From positions 1-64,000 of IMG/VR virus record IMGVR_UViG_3300028591_000006: a stretch of DNA of 64,000 nt; one strand, given 5' to 3'. A program made the translations under genes and the position numbers. Of this stretch, positions 9,433 through 17,693 are shown one piece after another (the stretch's first letter is position 1; each line of letters begins with the position of its first letter). Below the pieces are notes generated by a model, which was not told the DNA's origin, searched no databases, and saw only the letters and a list, made by a program, of their open reading frames with translations. The stretch is from a virus. Its lineage: Duplodnaviria; Heunggongvirae; Uroviricota; Caudoviricetes.

Positions 9433-9640
9433 TTACGACGACATTATGTCCGCAGAAAGGACAGCTGCGGAATATATCAATGATTGACATCTTATATTTC
9501 TTTGCAACCTTAAATATATTCACACCGTTCGAACTGTTTTTCAGGCAGCTTGGAATATAGACATTTCCCTTGCCGTTTTCCTTTTCGGTCCATACACAGC
9601 AGACCATTCTCTGCTCAGTCATATCTTTTGGTTTGTTCAT
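9386..9640 (-). CDS. zinc-finger protein (84 aa)
   Basis: CCVW...C...CPFCGH motifs. Confidence 0.35.
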   Translation of the reverse strand: MNKPKDMTEQRMVCCVWTEKENGKGNVYIPSCLKNSSNGVNIFKVAKKYKMSIIDIFRSCPFCGHNVVVNALKLPGDKDGRTEE

Positions 9641-9754
9641 AATTACATACTCCCATATAATAACGACAGATATTCATCTTCCAATATAGAAAGGTGATTA
9701 CCGTCAATCATTTCAAGTTCTTCATCACTGTAGCCGATGTTATTCAGCCACATC

Positions 9755-9940
9755 TTAAATTCCTTTACGTGCATAGCTGTAGTCCTCATTGATATAATAT
9801 TTACCAAGGGCAAGTTTTTCATTTTCCTTACTGGCTCTTACCCTTTTCAGCACATTAATATCCGGTTTATCAAGATGTACCAGATACCGTCTTCCTTCGT
9901 CAGGAATCTCAATAATTTCCATTGTTCCTATAGTTTTCAT
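9755..9940 (-). CDS. small protein (62 aa); probable true start MKTIGTMEII
   Basis: ATG at 9940. The TATAAT box at 9956-9945 lies 7 nt upstream, suggesting a leaderless start. The longer track ORF reads through the promoter. Confidence 0.35.
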   Translation of the reverse strand: MKTIGTMEIIEIPDEGRRYLVHLDKPDINVLKRVRASKENEKLALGKYYINEDYSYARKGI

Positions 9941-9944
9941 ACTT

Positions 9945-9956
9945 TTAATTATAGAA
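9945..9956 (-). promoter_or_regulatory. phage promoter motif (-10 TATAAT), 7 nt before ATG 9940
   Basis: TTCTATAATTAAAAGT-ATG. Confidence 0.45.
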
Positions 9957-9968
9957 AACTGACAGGAC

Positions 9969-10045
9969 AAAAAAAACCCTACAGTATAGTTTAGGAGTAA
10001 TACTGTAGGGTTGCAAATTATGAATCATGAAATTATTCATTTGTT
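9969..10045 (-). ncRNA. candidate small RNA 1 (about 77 nt): promoter c, then hairpin, then U-tract
   Basis: A -10 box (TATAAT, 10058-10063 on the minus strand) lies upstream. The 13-bp perfect hairpin aaccctacagtat/atactgtagggtt (9975-10012) has minus-strand loop UACUCCUAAACU and is followed by U8 (plus-strand A-run 9969-9976). Confidence 0.45.
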
Positions 10046-10051
10046 TCTAAC

Positions 10052-10079
10052 TTAATTATAGAAACTCTGATTTTCTCAG
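10052..10079 (-). promoter_or_regulatory. phage promoter c (CTGAGAAA-N-TTCTATAATTAA)
   Basis: Full bipartite motif; 13 nt between CTGAGA and TATAAT. Confidence 0.55.
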
Positions 10080-10164
10080 AAAAAAAGAAGGGTTATCTGA
10101 CCGGGTGGGAGGGAAAAGGTCAGATAACCCAAAACCTTCAGGAGGTGCCAAAATGTCAAGGCAT
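10080..10164 (-). ncRNA. candidate small RNA 2 (about 85 nt): promoter d, then single-stranded CACCUCCU, then 13-bp hairpin, then U-tract
   Basis: Promoter motif at 10171-10198. The minus-strand transcript contains GGCACCUCCUGAAGG (10149-10135). The hairpin gggttatctgacc/ggtcagataaccc (10090-10130) is followed by U7 (plus-strand A-run 10080-10086). Confidence 0.45.
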
Positions 10165-10170
10165 CATAAT

Positions 10171-10198
10171 TTAATTATAGAAAGGAATGTATTCTCAG
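10171..10198 (-). promoter_or_regulatory. phage promoter d (CTGAGAAT-N-TTCTATAATTAA)
   Basis: Full bipartite motif. Confidence 0.55.
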
Positions 10199-10203
10199 TC
10201 AAT

Positions 10204-10260
10204 AAAAAAGACCCTACAGTATGTAGGAGTATACCATAGGGTCAAAGAGTTTATAATGAC
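10204..10260 (-). ncRNA. candidate small RNA 3 (about 57 nt): promoter e, then hairpin, then U-tract; paralog of sRNA 1
   Basis: Promoter motif at 10267-10301. The hairpin gaccctacagtat/ataccatagggtc (10210-10243, two internal mismatches) has minus-strand loop ACUCCUAC and is followed by U6. Confidence 0.4.
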
Positions 10261-10266
10261 TAGTAT

Positions 10267-10301
10267 CTTAATAATAGAATGTGCCTTTATTTCGCTCTCA
10301 G
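10267..10301 (-). promoter_or_regulatory. phage promoter e (variant: CTGAGAGC...TTCTATTATTAAG)
   Basis: Variant of the motif, immediately downstream of the terL stop. Confidence 0.4.
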
Positions 10302-10377
10302 ATTGCGTATAACACGTTCTACAGGCTCTGGTAATGATATTTGTCGATTGAGTGCATTTGAACGCAATACAGAGCCT

Positions 10378-12234
10378 CTATGGCTCAAATGGAGCATATT
10401 TATCATCAAGTCCATATAGGTCATTTTGGAACAACGCTATCTCATCTTCAACATCATCTTCAGTTCCGGTTATATCTATCGAACTGTAAAATCCGTCGTC
10501 CGGTATGCTCATCTTTTCCGTTTCCTTTTCGATAAGCATTTCCTCATAATGTACATGTTCATTCACATATATCAACTGAGTTGCTGCAGCGAAACAGTCC
10601 GAACAGTCCTTGAAATATACAGGATGATTAGGGTCAGTATTATGCGGATGGTCTACCTTTCCGGTCGCACGGTCATATAAAAGATTAGACAATTCGTATT
10701 CAAGCTGCTTATAGTACGGAATACTGTAACGCTTAAGTTTCATGAAGTTCAGTGTTGTAAGGTATGCTGCTGGAGTTACATCAACCGAATAATAATCTGA
10801 ATACTCATTACCGAATATCTTCTTGCATTGCGGAATAAGATAATCCTTTGCATATCTATCACCACTTATGAACTTAAAATTTACACCATTATCCCTCATA
10901 TAAAGAATCAGTTGCAGTATCTTTTCCTGGTCTATCTGATTGTCGTTTATCTCTTCATTAAGGAATAATGATGCGGTCAGTAATGAACGGATTTTGTTTT
11001 CTTCACGGTCATAATATAAAGCTGAGAATCCTGTATGGTCATGTTTCTGCGATGCATCTATATGCAGATATACGTTCTCTCCATGGTAATGTTCCATGGC
11101 TCTGTCAGCATTCCAGATAAGGAAAGGACTGTTCTGGTCATATATACCAATCTCAGGTATCTCGGTCAGTAACGGAGACTTCTCGTCATTCCATAAGTTC
11201 TTTATGATACTGCTATTATTGATAAACTTGTTCGTTCCCGTCTGTACCTTACCGGACATATTAGCAAGGGAGAATGAAATGTCTTCTTCATAGAATTTAC
11301 GGATGGATACCGGCACAGGCTCAATAAGGTTCGGATGGTCTTCTACGAACTGGTCAAGAGTCTGTCCGTAAGTATCCGCTATCTGAGTCTTTATCGCACT
11401 ATCAGCCTGGTCAATAATAAAAGGTGCTATTGTTCCATTACCTATAAATACATTGAACTTTTCCTTACTGTACTGCTCAGGGTTAGCCTCATATACGGAT
11501 GCTTCCATAATGGCTGTATCACCATCTTTCTTTGCCTTTTCAAGTTCAATTGCTACAAATGAAGATGATGTAGTTGAAGATGAGATAATGCCGCTGAATC
11601 CGCCCCATATACCGTTCTTACTGAATGTCATTACTGAACGCTGACGCATTTCCTGGAACATCTTCTGTGTTTCTTCTACTTCAGTTCCTTTGGCTACCTT
11701 TCGTACATTCGCCTCATCCAATACACACCCGAGCATATCTTCACCGACAATATGTTCAACCTGAGAACCAGGAAGTATCTCGCAGAAAGGAAATATAAGT
11801 TCAGTTTCAACATCCTTACGTTTCAAACCTGGCAACTGCCAATATGGAACGCTATCAATATCTTTTATAAGCTGCTTGAGACCGGTTGACTTTGATTTAC
11901 TAAGAGTATATGACAGCCAGAATATCTTTGGTGTTGTATTAGGGTCAAGTCCGAACAGACAGGGAAAGTTCTTCCAGCAGCTCATTTCATATAGGATACG
12001 CTGAATGAGTTTACGGGCACCATATGACTTTCCAGTACGTGATGCTCCGGTTGCTATGAACTTTCTCTTTGGTACTGTAAGACCCATCTCGTTTACATAG
12101 GTCGCATTGTTGAATTCCTCTATGAACTCCCTTACATACGGTCGGATATAGTTTGCCGAAGGTCCGACATAAAAGGGGTCTTGTATCCAGTCGGATATCG
12201 GCACAATCTCTCGAATTTGTTCCGCACGAGTCAT
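10378..12234 (-). CDS. terL: terminase large subunit
   Basis: Walker A (KRKFIATGASRTGKS), Walker B-like (VLDEAN), and a C-terminal nuclease-type region (VYLHIDASQKHDHTGFSALYYD). 618 aa, comparable to T4 gp17. SD aaggaga upstream. Confidence 0.7.
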   Translation of the reverse strand: MTRAEQIREIVPISDWIQDPFYVGPSANYIRPYVREFIEEFNNATYVNEMGLTVPKRKFIATGASRTGKSYGARKLIQRILYEMSCWKNFPCLFGLDPNTTPKIFWLSYTLSKSKSTGLKQLIKDIDSVPYWQLPGLKRKDVETELIFPFCEILPGSQVEHIVGEDMLGCVLDEANVRKVAKGTEVEETQKMFQEMRQRSVMTFSKNGIWGGFSGIISSSTTSSSFVAIELEKAKKDGDTAIMEASVYEANPEQYSKEKFNVFIGNGTIAPFIIDQADSAIKTQIADTYGQTLDQFVEDHPNLIEPVPVSIRKFYEEDISFSLANMSGKVQTGTNKFINNSSIIKNLWNDEKSPLLTEIPEIGIYDQNSPFLIWNADRAMEHYHGENVYLHIDASQKHDHTGFSALYYDREENKIRSLLTASLFLNEEINDNQIDQEKILQLILYMRDNGVNFKFISGDRYAKDYLIPQCKKIFGNEYSDYYSVDVTPAAYLTTLNFMKLKRYSIPYYKQLEYELSNLLYDRATGKVDHPHNTDPNHPVYFKDCSDCFAAATQLIYVNEHVHYEEMLIEKETEKMSIPDDGFYSSIDITGTEDDVEDEIALFQNDLYGLDDKYAPFEP

Positions 12235-12236
12235 AA

Positions 12237-12695
12237 TTATTTCTCCTTTCTTAATTCCTTTTTGTAATCACATATATCCTTGCCATCATTGATTTCAACC
12301 ATACGGTCTAATATACGTTTCAGACGTTTGAGTACATCTTTATCCTTTCGATAATATCCATACAAATAATGAACAAGGTCATGAGTTGTTCCATTCAGAG
12401 GAACGAACCTATCTTTCTTCAGGATTATATACTCTGAGGGATTTAAGCACATATGATGAAGATTGAATCTCTTTGGTAATTTCTTTAATGTAATAGGGTC
12501 CACCTGACCTTTGAAGAAATTACGGAACTCTTTCCAAATAGTAGTTTCACGGAACTTAGATTTCTCCTGCTGGTTAAGGGCTTTACCTTTACAAGATTCA
12601 ATAAAGTCCTGTTCCCTTTTCAGTTTTTCTTTTTTCTGTTCTGCACGTGTCAATTTGTGTTTACTCCTTATAAAATATATAAAAGTCCTTGACAT
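12237..12695 (-). CDS. HNH-motif endonuclease-like protein adjacent to terL
   Basis: NLHHMCLNPSEY...NGTTHDLVH resembles an HNH motif. Position immediately upstream of terL. Confidence 0.4.
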   Translation of the reverse strand: MSRTFIYFIRSKHKLTRAEQKKEKLKREQDFIESCKGKALNQQEKSKFRETTIWKEFRNFFKGQVDPITLKKLPKRFNLHHMCLNPSEYIILKKDRFVPLNGTTHDLVHYLYGYYRKDKDVLKRLKRILDRMVEINDGKDICDYKKELRKEK

Positions 12696-12750
12696 ATTTT
12701 AGTATCTGTTATAATATTTACTAAAGTATTTTAGTATCTGTTACGATAAT
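12689..12750 (+). promoter_or_regulatory. sigma70-type promoter for the plus-strand cassette, with a duplicated 17-mer operator-like element
   Basis: TTGACA (12689-12694), 15-nt spacer, then TGTTATAAT with the TATAAT hexamer at 12710-12715. TATTTTAGTATCTGTTA occurs twice, at 12695-12711 and 12727-12743. Confidence 0.6.
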
Positions 12751-12826
12751 AAAAGTATGTCGGATATCCGGTCATAAAGGGAAGTATGACCGAATTTGAA
12801 ATATTTATAATAATAGGTGGGAAATT

Positions 12827-13012
12827 ATGTATTATCTTCTTTTAATTGCTTTAATGCTCAGTGCCGGTTTGTTTGTATTCTTTACAGACAAAAGTCTTCA
12901 GTTTCGAAAGGTAAAAGAACTTCATAAGTCAAATATTGCATTTAATCTCAGCATGATTAGTGGAATAATTGGTGTTCTTATGATTCTTATACTTATTTTT
13001 GTAGGAGAATAA
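12827..13012 (+). CDS. small membrane protein (61 aa); plus-strand early cassette gene 1
   Basis: Two hydrophobic helices. Lies downstream of a sigma70-type promoter. Confidence 0.45.
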   Translation: MYYLLLIALMLSAGLFVFFTDKSLQFRKVKELHKSNIAFNLSMISGIIGVLMILILIFVGE

Positions 13013-13015
13013 ATT

Positions 13016-13261
13016 ATGCGGATGAATGAACTTACACAGTCAGAACGTGAGTTCCTTGACAGAGTAAATGAACTAAACCAGAAATATTGCAGCGATAAGG
13101 ATATTTCCTTATGGAATGTCTGCAAGGGTTATCTGACCGGAAAGATAAAGGACGACTTTCTTGATTTACCGGAAGAAGAAATCGAAAATGTTCTGGCTGA
13201 ACTTAATGGTGAGCTGCATATAAGTAAGACTATGAAAAAGGCATCAGCCATGCTATTCTAG
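13016..13261 (+). CDS. hypothetical protein (81 aa); plus-strand cassette gene 2
   Basis: SD (aggaga) before the ATG. Confidence 0.45.
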   Translation: MRMNELTQSEREFLDRVNELNQKYCSDKDISLWNVCKGYLTGKIKDDFLDLPEEEIENVLAELNGELHISKTMKKASAMLF

Positions 13262-13290
13262 TTATATATTACTGTAAGGAGGAATTTCTT

Positions 13291-13530
13291 ATGAAAGAAA
13301 CCTTTTTCATGCTTAAGAACAACAGTAAGTCCGAAGGAACTTACCTGATTGATGGAGAATACAAACCTATTTATCCGGGTGAAACCATCACTCTTAAGAA
13401 ATCGCCTGTCAATCATACAAGTAATGTATCAGTAGTTATCTACCGAAAAGACACAGGTAATAATGAGATTCTTTACAAGAAACCTGTAAAAGCACAGGAA
13501 GAACCTAAGAAGAGTAAAAAGAATTCTTAA
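13291..13530 (+). CDS. hypothetical protein (79 aa); plus-strand cassette gene 3
   Basis: Strong SD (taaggagga). Followed by an intrinsic terminator. Confidence 0.5.
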   Translation: MKETFFMLKNNSKSEGTYLIDGEYKPIYPGETITLKKSPVNHTSNVSVVIYRKDTGNNEILYKKPVKAQEEPKKSKKNS

Positions 13531-13537
13531 GTACAGA

Positions 13538-13572
13538 CCCGTAACCTTTATGGTTGCGGGTTTTCTGTTTCA
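13538..13572 (+). terminator. intrinsic terminator after the plus-strand cassette (possibly bidirectional)
   Basis: 10-bp stem acccgtaacc/ggttgcgggt (one G·U) with loop TTTAT, followed by TTTTCTGTTTC. Confidence 0.5.
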
Positions 13573-14261
13573 TTTGGCTCAACATATTCTTTTTCATAAA
13601 TCTTATTTTCATTCAAATAGATAACAATTTTATCAATGTAATCAAATCCATGACAGTAAGGAACGCTGAGTTTAACGGTATAACTTGCATTAAGGTCAAA
13701 ACTTCTGTTTTTATCATTATCTACATTATCTGTAGCCTGAAGACCAGTCTGCATTACTTCAGCACGTGTGGTCAATGACTTACAGTTAGTCAGAAGTTCT
13801 TTTATATCAATGTCAAAATAACGAAGCCTATCCATATCTATGAGATTCTGATTTACACGGTCTCGGAATGACTTGTAGTAAGAGCTGCTGAACAATTCGA
13901 ACTTTACTTCGAGGTCATATAAGAATCCACGTTCACATTTTATTTCACCATCGGTTGTTTCATATGAGAAATCACGTGGTAATACGGAACGTGCATAGAA
14001 AGCCTGGTCTTCATTCCATTCGAGCAAAGATGTACGCCATAAGCATACAAATGGAGAAAGAACACCATGCAACTGAAAGTTTCGTTTCTTGCTGAGATTT
14101 GCAGGACAAAGAAACATATGCTTATATACATCTTCCACAGAATCTTCACGGCAATGTGGTTTGATGATACTGACCAGTCTGTTACGGAATAATTCAAAAA
14201 TCCTGAATTCAATGTATTTTGCGAGAGTCGATTCTACTTTGTCATTTATTGTTCCATTCAT
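13548..14261 (-). CDS. hypothetical protein (about 237 aa; start trimmed to MNGTINDK)
   Basis: The N-terminal 18 residues of the track ORF translate a U-rich leader. Confidence 0.45.
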   Translation of the reverse strand: MNGTINDKVESTLAKYIEFRIFELFRNRLVSIIKPHCREDSVEDVYKHMFLCPANLSKKRNFQLHGVLSPFVCLWRTSLLEWNEDQAFYARSVLPRDFSYETTDGEIKCERGFLYDLEVKFELFSSSYYKSFRDRVNQNLIDMDRLRYFDIDIKELLTNCKSLTTRAEVMQTGLQATDNVDNDKNRSFDLNASYTVKLSVPYCHGFDYIDKIVIYLNENKIYEKEYVEPNETENPQP

Positions 14262-14363
14262 ATAATAATAATATAAAAGAAAGAGGGCATATAGGTGAAA
14301 ACCAAAGAAAAACACCTACATGCCCTCAAAGGAGTAAACCCGAACACACGGATTTCTTATTTG

Positions 14364-14693
14364 TTATGCCTTTTTAACGGCAAGAACACCAAAAATAATT
14401 GTGAGAATACCAATTACTGCACCGGCAAGTGTAGCAAAGATAGAATCAGAAAGACCACCAACTGCAACAAGAACTGCACCAATAACAGCAAGAGCAATAA
14501 CCAGAATATATTTCCAGTTGAACTTCTCACCTTCTTTCTTGTATTTCTTAACAACTGCAACAATTGTAGTTGCAAGAGCAAAAGCTGCAAGAGCAATAGA
14601 AATAATATCTGCACTTTCAAACTTGCAGAAATAACCAACAACAACAGATGCTACAAAGAGCAATGAACCGATAATTCCAAAAATCTTATTCAT
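14364..14693 (-). CDS. small polytopic membrane protein (109 aa, 3-4 TM helices)
   Basis: Strongly hydrophobic helices. SD (ggagga) upstream. Confidence 0.55.
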   Translation of the reverse strand: MNKIFGIIGSLLFVASVVVGYFCKFESADIISIALAAFALATTIVAVVKKYKKEGEKFNWKYILVIALAVIGAVLVAVGGLSDSIFATLAGAVIGILTIIFGVLAVKKA

Positions 14694-14754
14694 CGTTTTC
14701 CTCCGAATAATTTAATTATGTTTAAGTAGTGTTTACTCCTTATGAACATATATA

Positions 14755-14789
14755 TAAAAAAAGACCGGCAGAGTTTTAATCTACCGGTC
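14755..14789 (-). terminator. intrinsic terminator downstream of uvsX
   Basis: Hairpin gaccggcagag/tctaccggtc (14763-14789) followed by U7 on the minus strand. Confidence 0.55.
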
Positions 14790-14813
14790 AGGAGCAAAAT
14801 ATGAAAATGGATA

Positions 14814-16193
14814 TTAAATGATTACATCTTTATCTGTAGATTGCGGCTGAGTTGCATAGAACTTTGCATATTTACCACCACTAACAGCCGGTGTATGCTT
14901 TGCCGCTTCATCTTCAAAGGCTTCCCATTTCTCTTCAACACGTCTGTCAAGTTCATCTTCCAGATTGTTTTCACGAATGTATTTTATGAGAGAGTTTCGG
15001 TCCATAGCAAGAGCAAATGACTCACCGAATTTAGATTTAATGGATTCATCACCATTGATAAACTTCATGGCTGTATCCATACTAAATCTTTCACCCTCGG
15101 AAAGTGTAGCACGATAATCATCATACCATTTATTATCAATAAGCCACTGTCTGATTTCTGGACCGACCATAGGTTTCTTATCAGGATTTTTCTCCCACTC
15201 ACAACATTTTGCTGCCGGAGCAGAAATATCACCTGTTCTAGTACGACAGTCGAACAGATAATCAACCCCTGTTTCAACATTATCAATTCCATAATTGAAA
15301 TAATAAGTATAGAAACATTCACGATAAGGTCGTGGTACTTTACCTTTAGTTACCTTCAGTTTATTTGTACCGCCAAGAATTACCTTACGCTCACCTTCTT
15401 CATACTCATATTTCTTAGCAGTTGCAAGCCATATAACCATAAAACAATAGAAATCCATTGCTTTACCACCAGCACGGTCATATTTCTCAAAACTGAATGG
15501 GTCTACATTTTCACGAATCTGAGAAACAATTACAAGTAAAACATTATATTTCTCAAGTTTTTTACAAAGCTGAGCGAAGAACTCCTGGGAAAGATATTTT
15601 GCCTTACCCATTCCCATAGTTCCTTTGTCATAAGTTTTACCCTTATCCATTGCGGCAATCCTTTCTTCGGCACGTTTATCCTGTTCTTCAGATGTAAGAG
15701 CATCCAGAGAATCAATAACATAAACACCGAATTCATCTTTACCAAGAGAATCACAGAACTTCCATAAACGATAGAACGCTTCTTCTACTGTTTCAGGTTT
15801 ATCACTTTCTTCAGTACAAATGTCCATACCATAAAGTGTCTGAGTATCAAAAGAATATCCATGTTCACAATCCGCATACATCCACTTAAACTTATCACCA
15901 TAAGTCCAATGAGCATTAGCAATAATTTCATTATTGATAAATGTTTTACCGGCAGATTTATCACCGACTACATTAAGAATACGACCTGCTGGATTGCCAT
16001 GAACACCTTTTTCACCGCCCATAACAAGGTCAATAAGTCTTACACCTGTTTTGAAATATGGTCTATTAAACTTCATATTTTCACTTCTCCTGTTTTTAAG
16101 TCCGTTTATTATACTGTCCGATAACTCTTTCAATGTCTGTTCGTTTTGCATAATAAAGTCCATTCTGTTCCATACCGAGTTTGGTGATTTCAC
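14814..16193 (-). CDS. uvsX: RecA/UvsX-family recombinase
   Basis: RecA-like P-loop region GGEKGVHGNPAGRILNVVGDKSAGKTF. Followed by an intrinsic terminator. Confidence 0.7.
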   Translation of the reverse strand: MKSPNSVWNRMDFIMQNEQTLKELSDSIINGLKNRRSENMKFNRPYFKTGVRLIDLVMGGEKGVHGNPAGRILNVVGDKSAGKTFINNEIIANAHWTYGDKFKWMYADCEHGYSFDTQTLYGMDICTEESDKPETVEEAFYRLWKFCDSLGKDEFGVYVIDSLDALTSEEQDKRAEERIAAMDKGKTYDKGTMGMGKAKYLSQEFFAQLCKKLEKYNVLLVIVSQIRENVDPFSFEKYDRAGGKAMDFYCFMVIWLATAKKYEYEEGERKVILGGTNKLKVTKGKVPRPYRECFYTYYFNYGIDNVETGVDYLFDCRTRTGDISAPAAKCCEWEKNPDKKPMVGPEIRQWLIDNKWYDDYRATLSEGERFSMDTAMKFINGDESIKSKFGESFALAMDRNSLIKYIRENNLEDELDRRVEEKWEAFEDEAAKHTPAVSGGKYAKFYATQPQSTDKDVII

Positions 16194-16458
16194 AGTTATT
16201 CTTTTTCAGAACATACTTCAACGCTGAAAAAGTCATATTATACTTCTTACATGCGTCTTTAATCGAGATATATGAACTGTCAATCAAATGGTTATCAAGC
16301 CATTCTCTAAACTTGTCTTCATCAACACGATATTTGTCACGACCTTTCTCTTTATACTGAATAAGAAAGCCATACCTTTTACCATATCTATAAATCAAAG
16401 GCACAGAGAAGTTGTAACCCCTATCCGCACATTCTTTAATCATCTGTTTCTGATTCAT
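16096..16458 (-). CDS. hypothetical protein (120 aa), possibly DNA-binding
   Basis: Minus-strand ORF. Confidence 0.4.
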   Translation of the reverse strand: MNQKQMIKECADRGYNFSVPLIYRYGKRYGFLIQYKEKGRDKYRVDEDKFREWLDNHLIDSSYISIKDACKKYNMTFSALKYVLKKNNCEITKLGMEQNGLYYAKRTDIERVIGQYNKRT

Positions 16459-16527
16459 AAAACCTCCATAAATAATGATAGGGTGAAATATTACTATCCC
16501 ACCCTACCGACCGGAAATCATATCTGA

Positions 16528-17574
16528 TTATTCTTTATTCAGACATTTTTCCCACATAACCGTATCACATTTCGTACAGTCAGGATGCTTGTCAGCTTCA
16601 CCCCAGTTATGACCAAATGGACACTGGTTACACTTGGTTTCAGCCGGAGCGGTTTCTTCCGCTTTTTCAACAGGTTTCATATCATTAAATGATGTTCCGC
16701 TTGCGGCTGATGCTGCCTGAGCTGCCAAATCTGCTGTTGGACTTGGTTCATCATAATCAGCAATATTCGCAGATTCTACACTCTGAGATGGAGTTTCTTC
16801 TTTTGTTTCTTCAGACTTAGACTGAACAGCATAAGCCTTACCGGAAATAAGTTTCTCCATATCTTCAGCAGAAGTCTTCTTAATAACTGTTGCAAGGTCG
16901 ATGGAATGTGAAAGAACCTCATCGCTCAATGGTTCACGTGGAACGAAACTGAATGTACTTGGTTCATTGTATTCCTTTCCGGCATACTTCTTCTTAGTTC
17001 CAAGGAAAGTTACAGACATACCATCATGCCAGTCAAATACATTTGCCGGAGCACCTGTCTGTGGGTCTTTTGTAACACGAGCACGTTTAAGAAGTTCTTC
17101 TTCAACAGATTTATAACCAGTATCCCAGAAACCATACTTGTTTGTCTTAAGGTCATGCACAACATAAACAACACGTCTCTTAGCCTTGATTTCAAAAGCC
17201 TTGTCTTCATTCTCTTTTCCACCAAGAGCCTTGATTCTGTCTGATTCACGACAGAGCGGACAATCACATCCGTACTGTGTAAGACAGGTAATATTTGCCT
17301 TGTTCGGTCCGATACTACGATGTACAAAATAATCAAGGGAATACATCGGGTCTCCAACTTCAGCCTTACCTGCAATTACAAGCGGATTCTCAGCTGTTGC
17401 ATTGAAAGGAACGAAATCTACTGTGTTTTCGCCTTCAGCCGGTTTCCATCTTTCAAGACCAGCCTTCTTTGTGTCGAGACTATCCTGAAAACCACCGCTG
17501 TTACCAAAACGGTTTCCATAAGGATTCGAACCGTTCTCATAAGCCTTTGCTGTCATTGTTTTCTTCTGAAACAT
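16528..17574 (-). CDS. gp32-like single-stranded DNA-binding protein
   Basis: N-terminus MFQKKTMT...GNRFG parallels T4 gp32 MFKRKST...GNKGF. His/Cys zinc cluster H-x11-C-x5-C-x-C-x2-C. RRVVYVVHD block similar to gp32 RFLVNVYVV. Confidence 0.6.
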   Translation of the reverse strand: MFQKKTMTAKAYENGSNPYGNRFGNSGGFQDSLDTKKAGLERWKPAEGENTVDFVPFNATAENPLVIAGKAEVGDPMYSLDYFVHRSIGPNKANITCLTQYGCDCPLCRESDRIKALGGKENEDKAFEIKAKRRVVYVVHDLKTNKYGFWDTGYKSVEEELLKRARVTKDPQTGAPANVFDWHDGMSVTFLGTKKKYAGKEYNEPSTFSFVPREPLSDEVLSHSIDLATVIKKTSAEDMEKLISGKAYAVQSKSEETKEETPSQSVESANIADYDEPSPTADLAAQAASAASGTSFNDMKPVEKAEETAPAETKCNQCPFGHNWGEADKHPDCTKCDTVMWEKCLNKE

Positions 17575-17660
17575 AAATCTTTTCTCCTTGGCATATGCCG
17601 ATATTGATTTGTTTATTATTTCACCTGACAGTTGACAACGCTGTCAGGATTTTGGCTATA

Positions 17661-17690
17661 TAATAATTATAGAAACTAAAAAATTCTCAG
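17661..17690 (-). promoter_or_regulatory. phage promoter upstream of the gp32-like SSB gene
   Basis: CTGAGAAT-13-TATAAT. Confidence 0.55.
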
Positions 17691-17693
17691 ATT

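Noticed and set aside
9737-9994. Plus-strand ORF 9737..9994 spanning the promoter and sRNA region
   Set aside because: It is antisense to the small minus-strand gene and the promoter elements, and is an AT-rich random frame.
10153-10239. Plus-strand 28-aa ORF with a textbook SD (caggaggtg-N5-ATG)
   Set aside because: It lies antisense to candidate sRNA 2 and has no plus-strand promoter. The SD is most likely the mirror image of the CACCUCCU element on the minus strand.
9957-10377. Possible CRISPR-like array, because of repeated elements downstream of terL
   Set aside because: The repeats are promoter boxes and terminator hairpins at irregular spacing, with no constant repeat/spacer periodicity, and there are no cas genes.
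14401-14644. ORFs 14401..14634 (+) and 14414..14644 (-) with poly-Leu or poly-Ala translations
   Set aside because: These are alternative frames of the membrane-protein gene 14364..14693 and are low-complexity artefacts.
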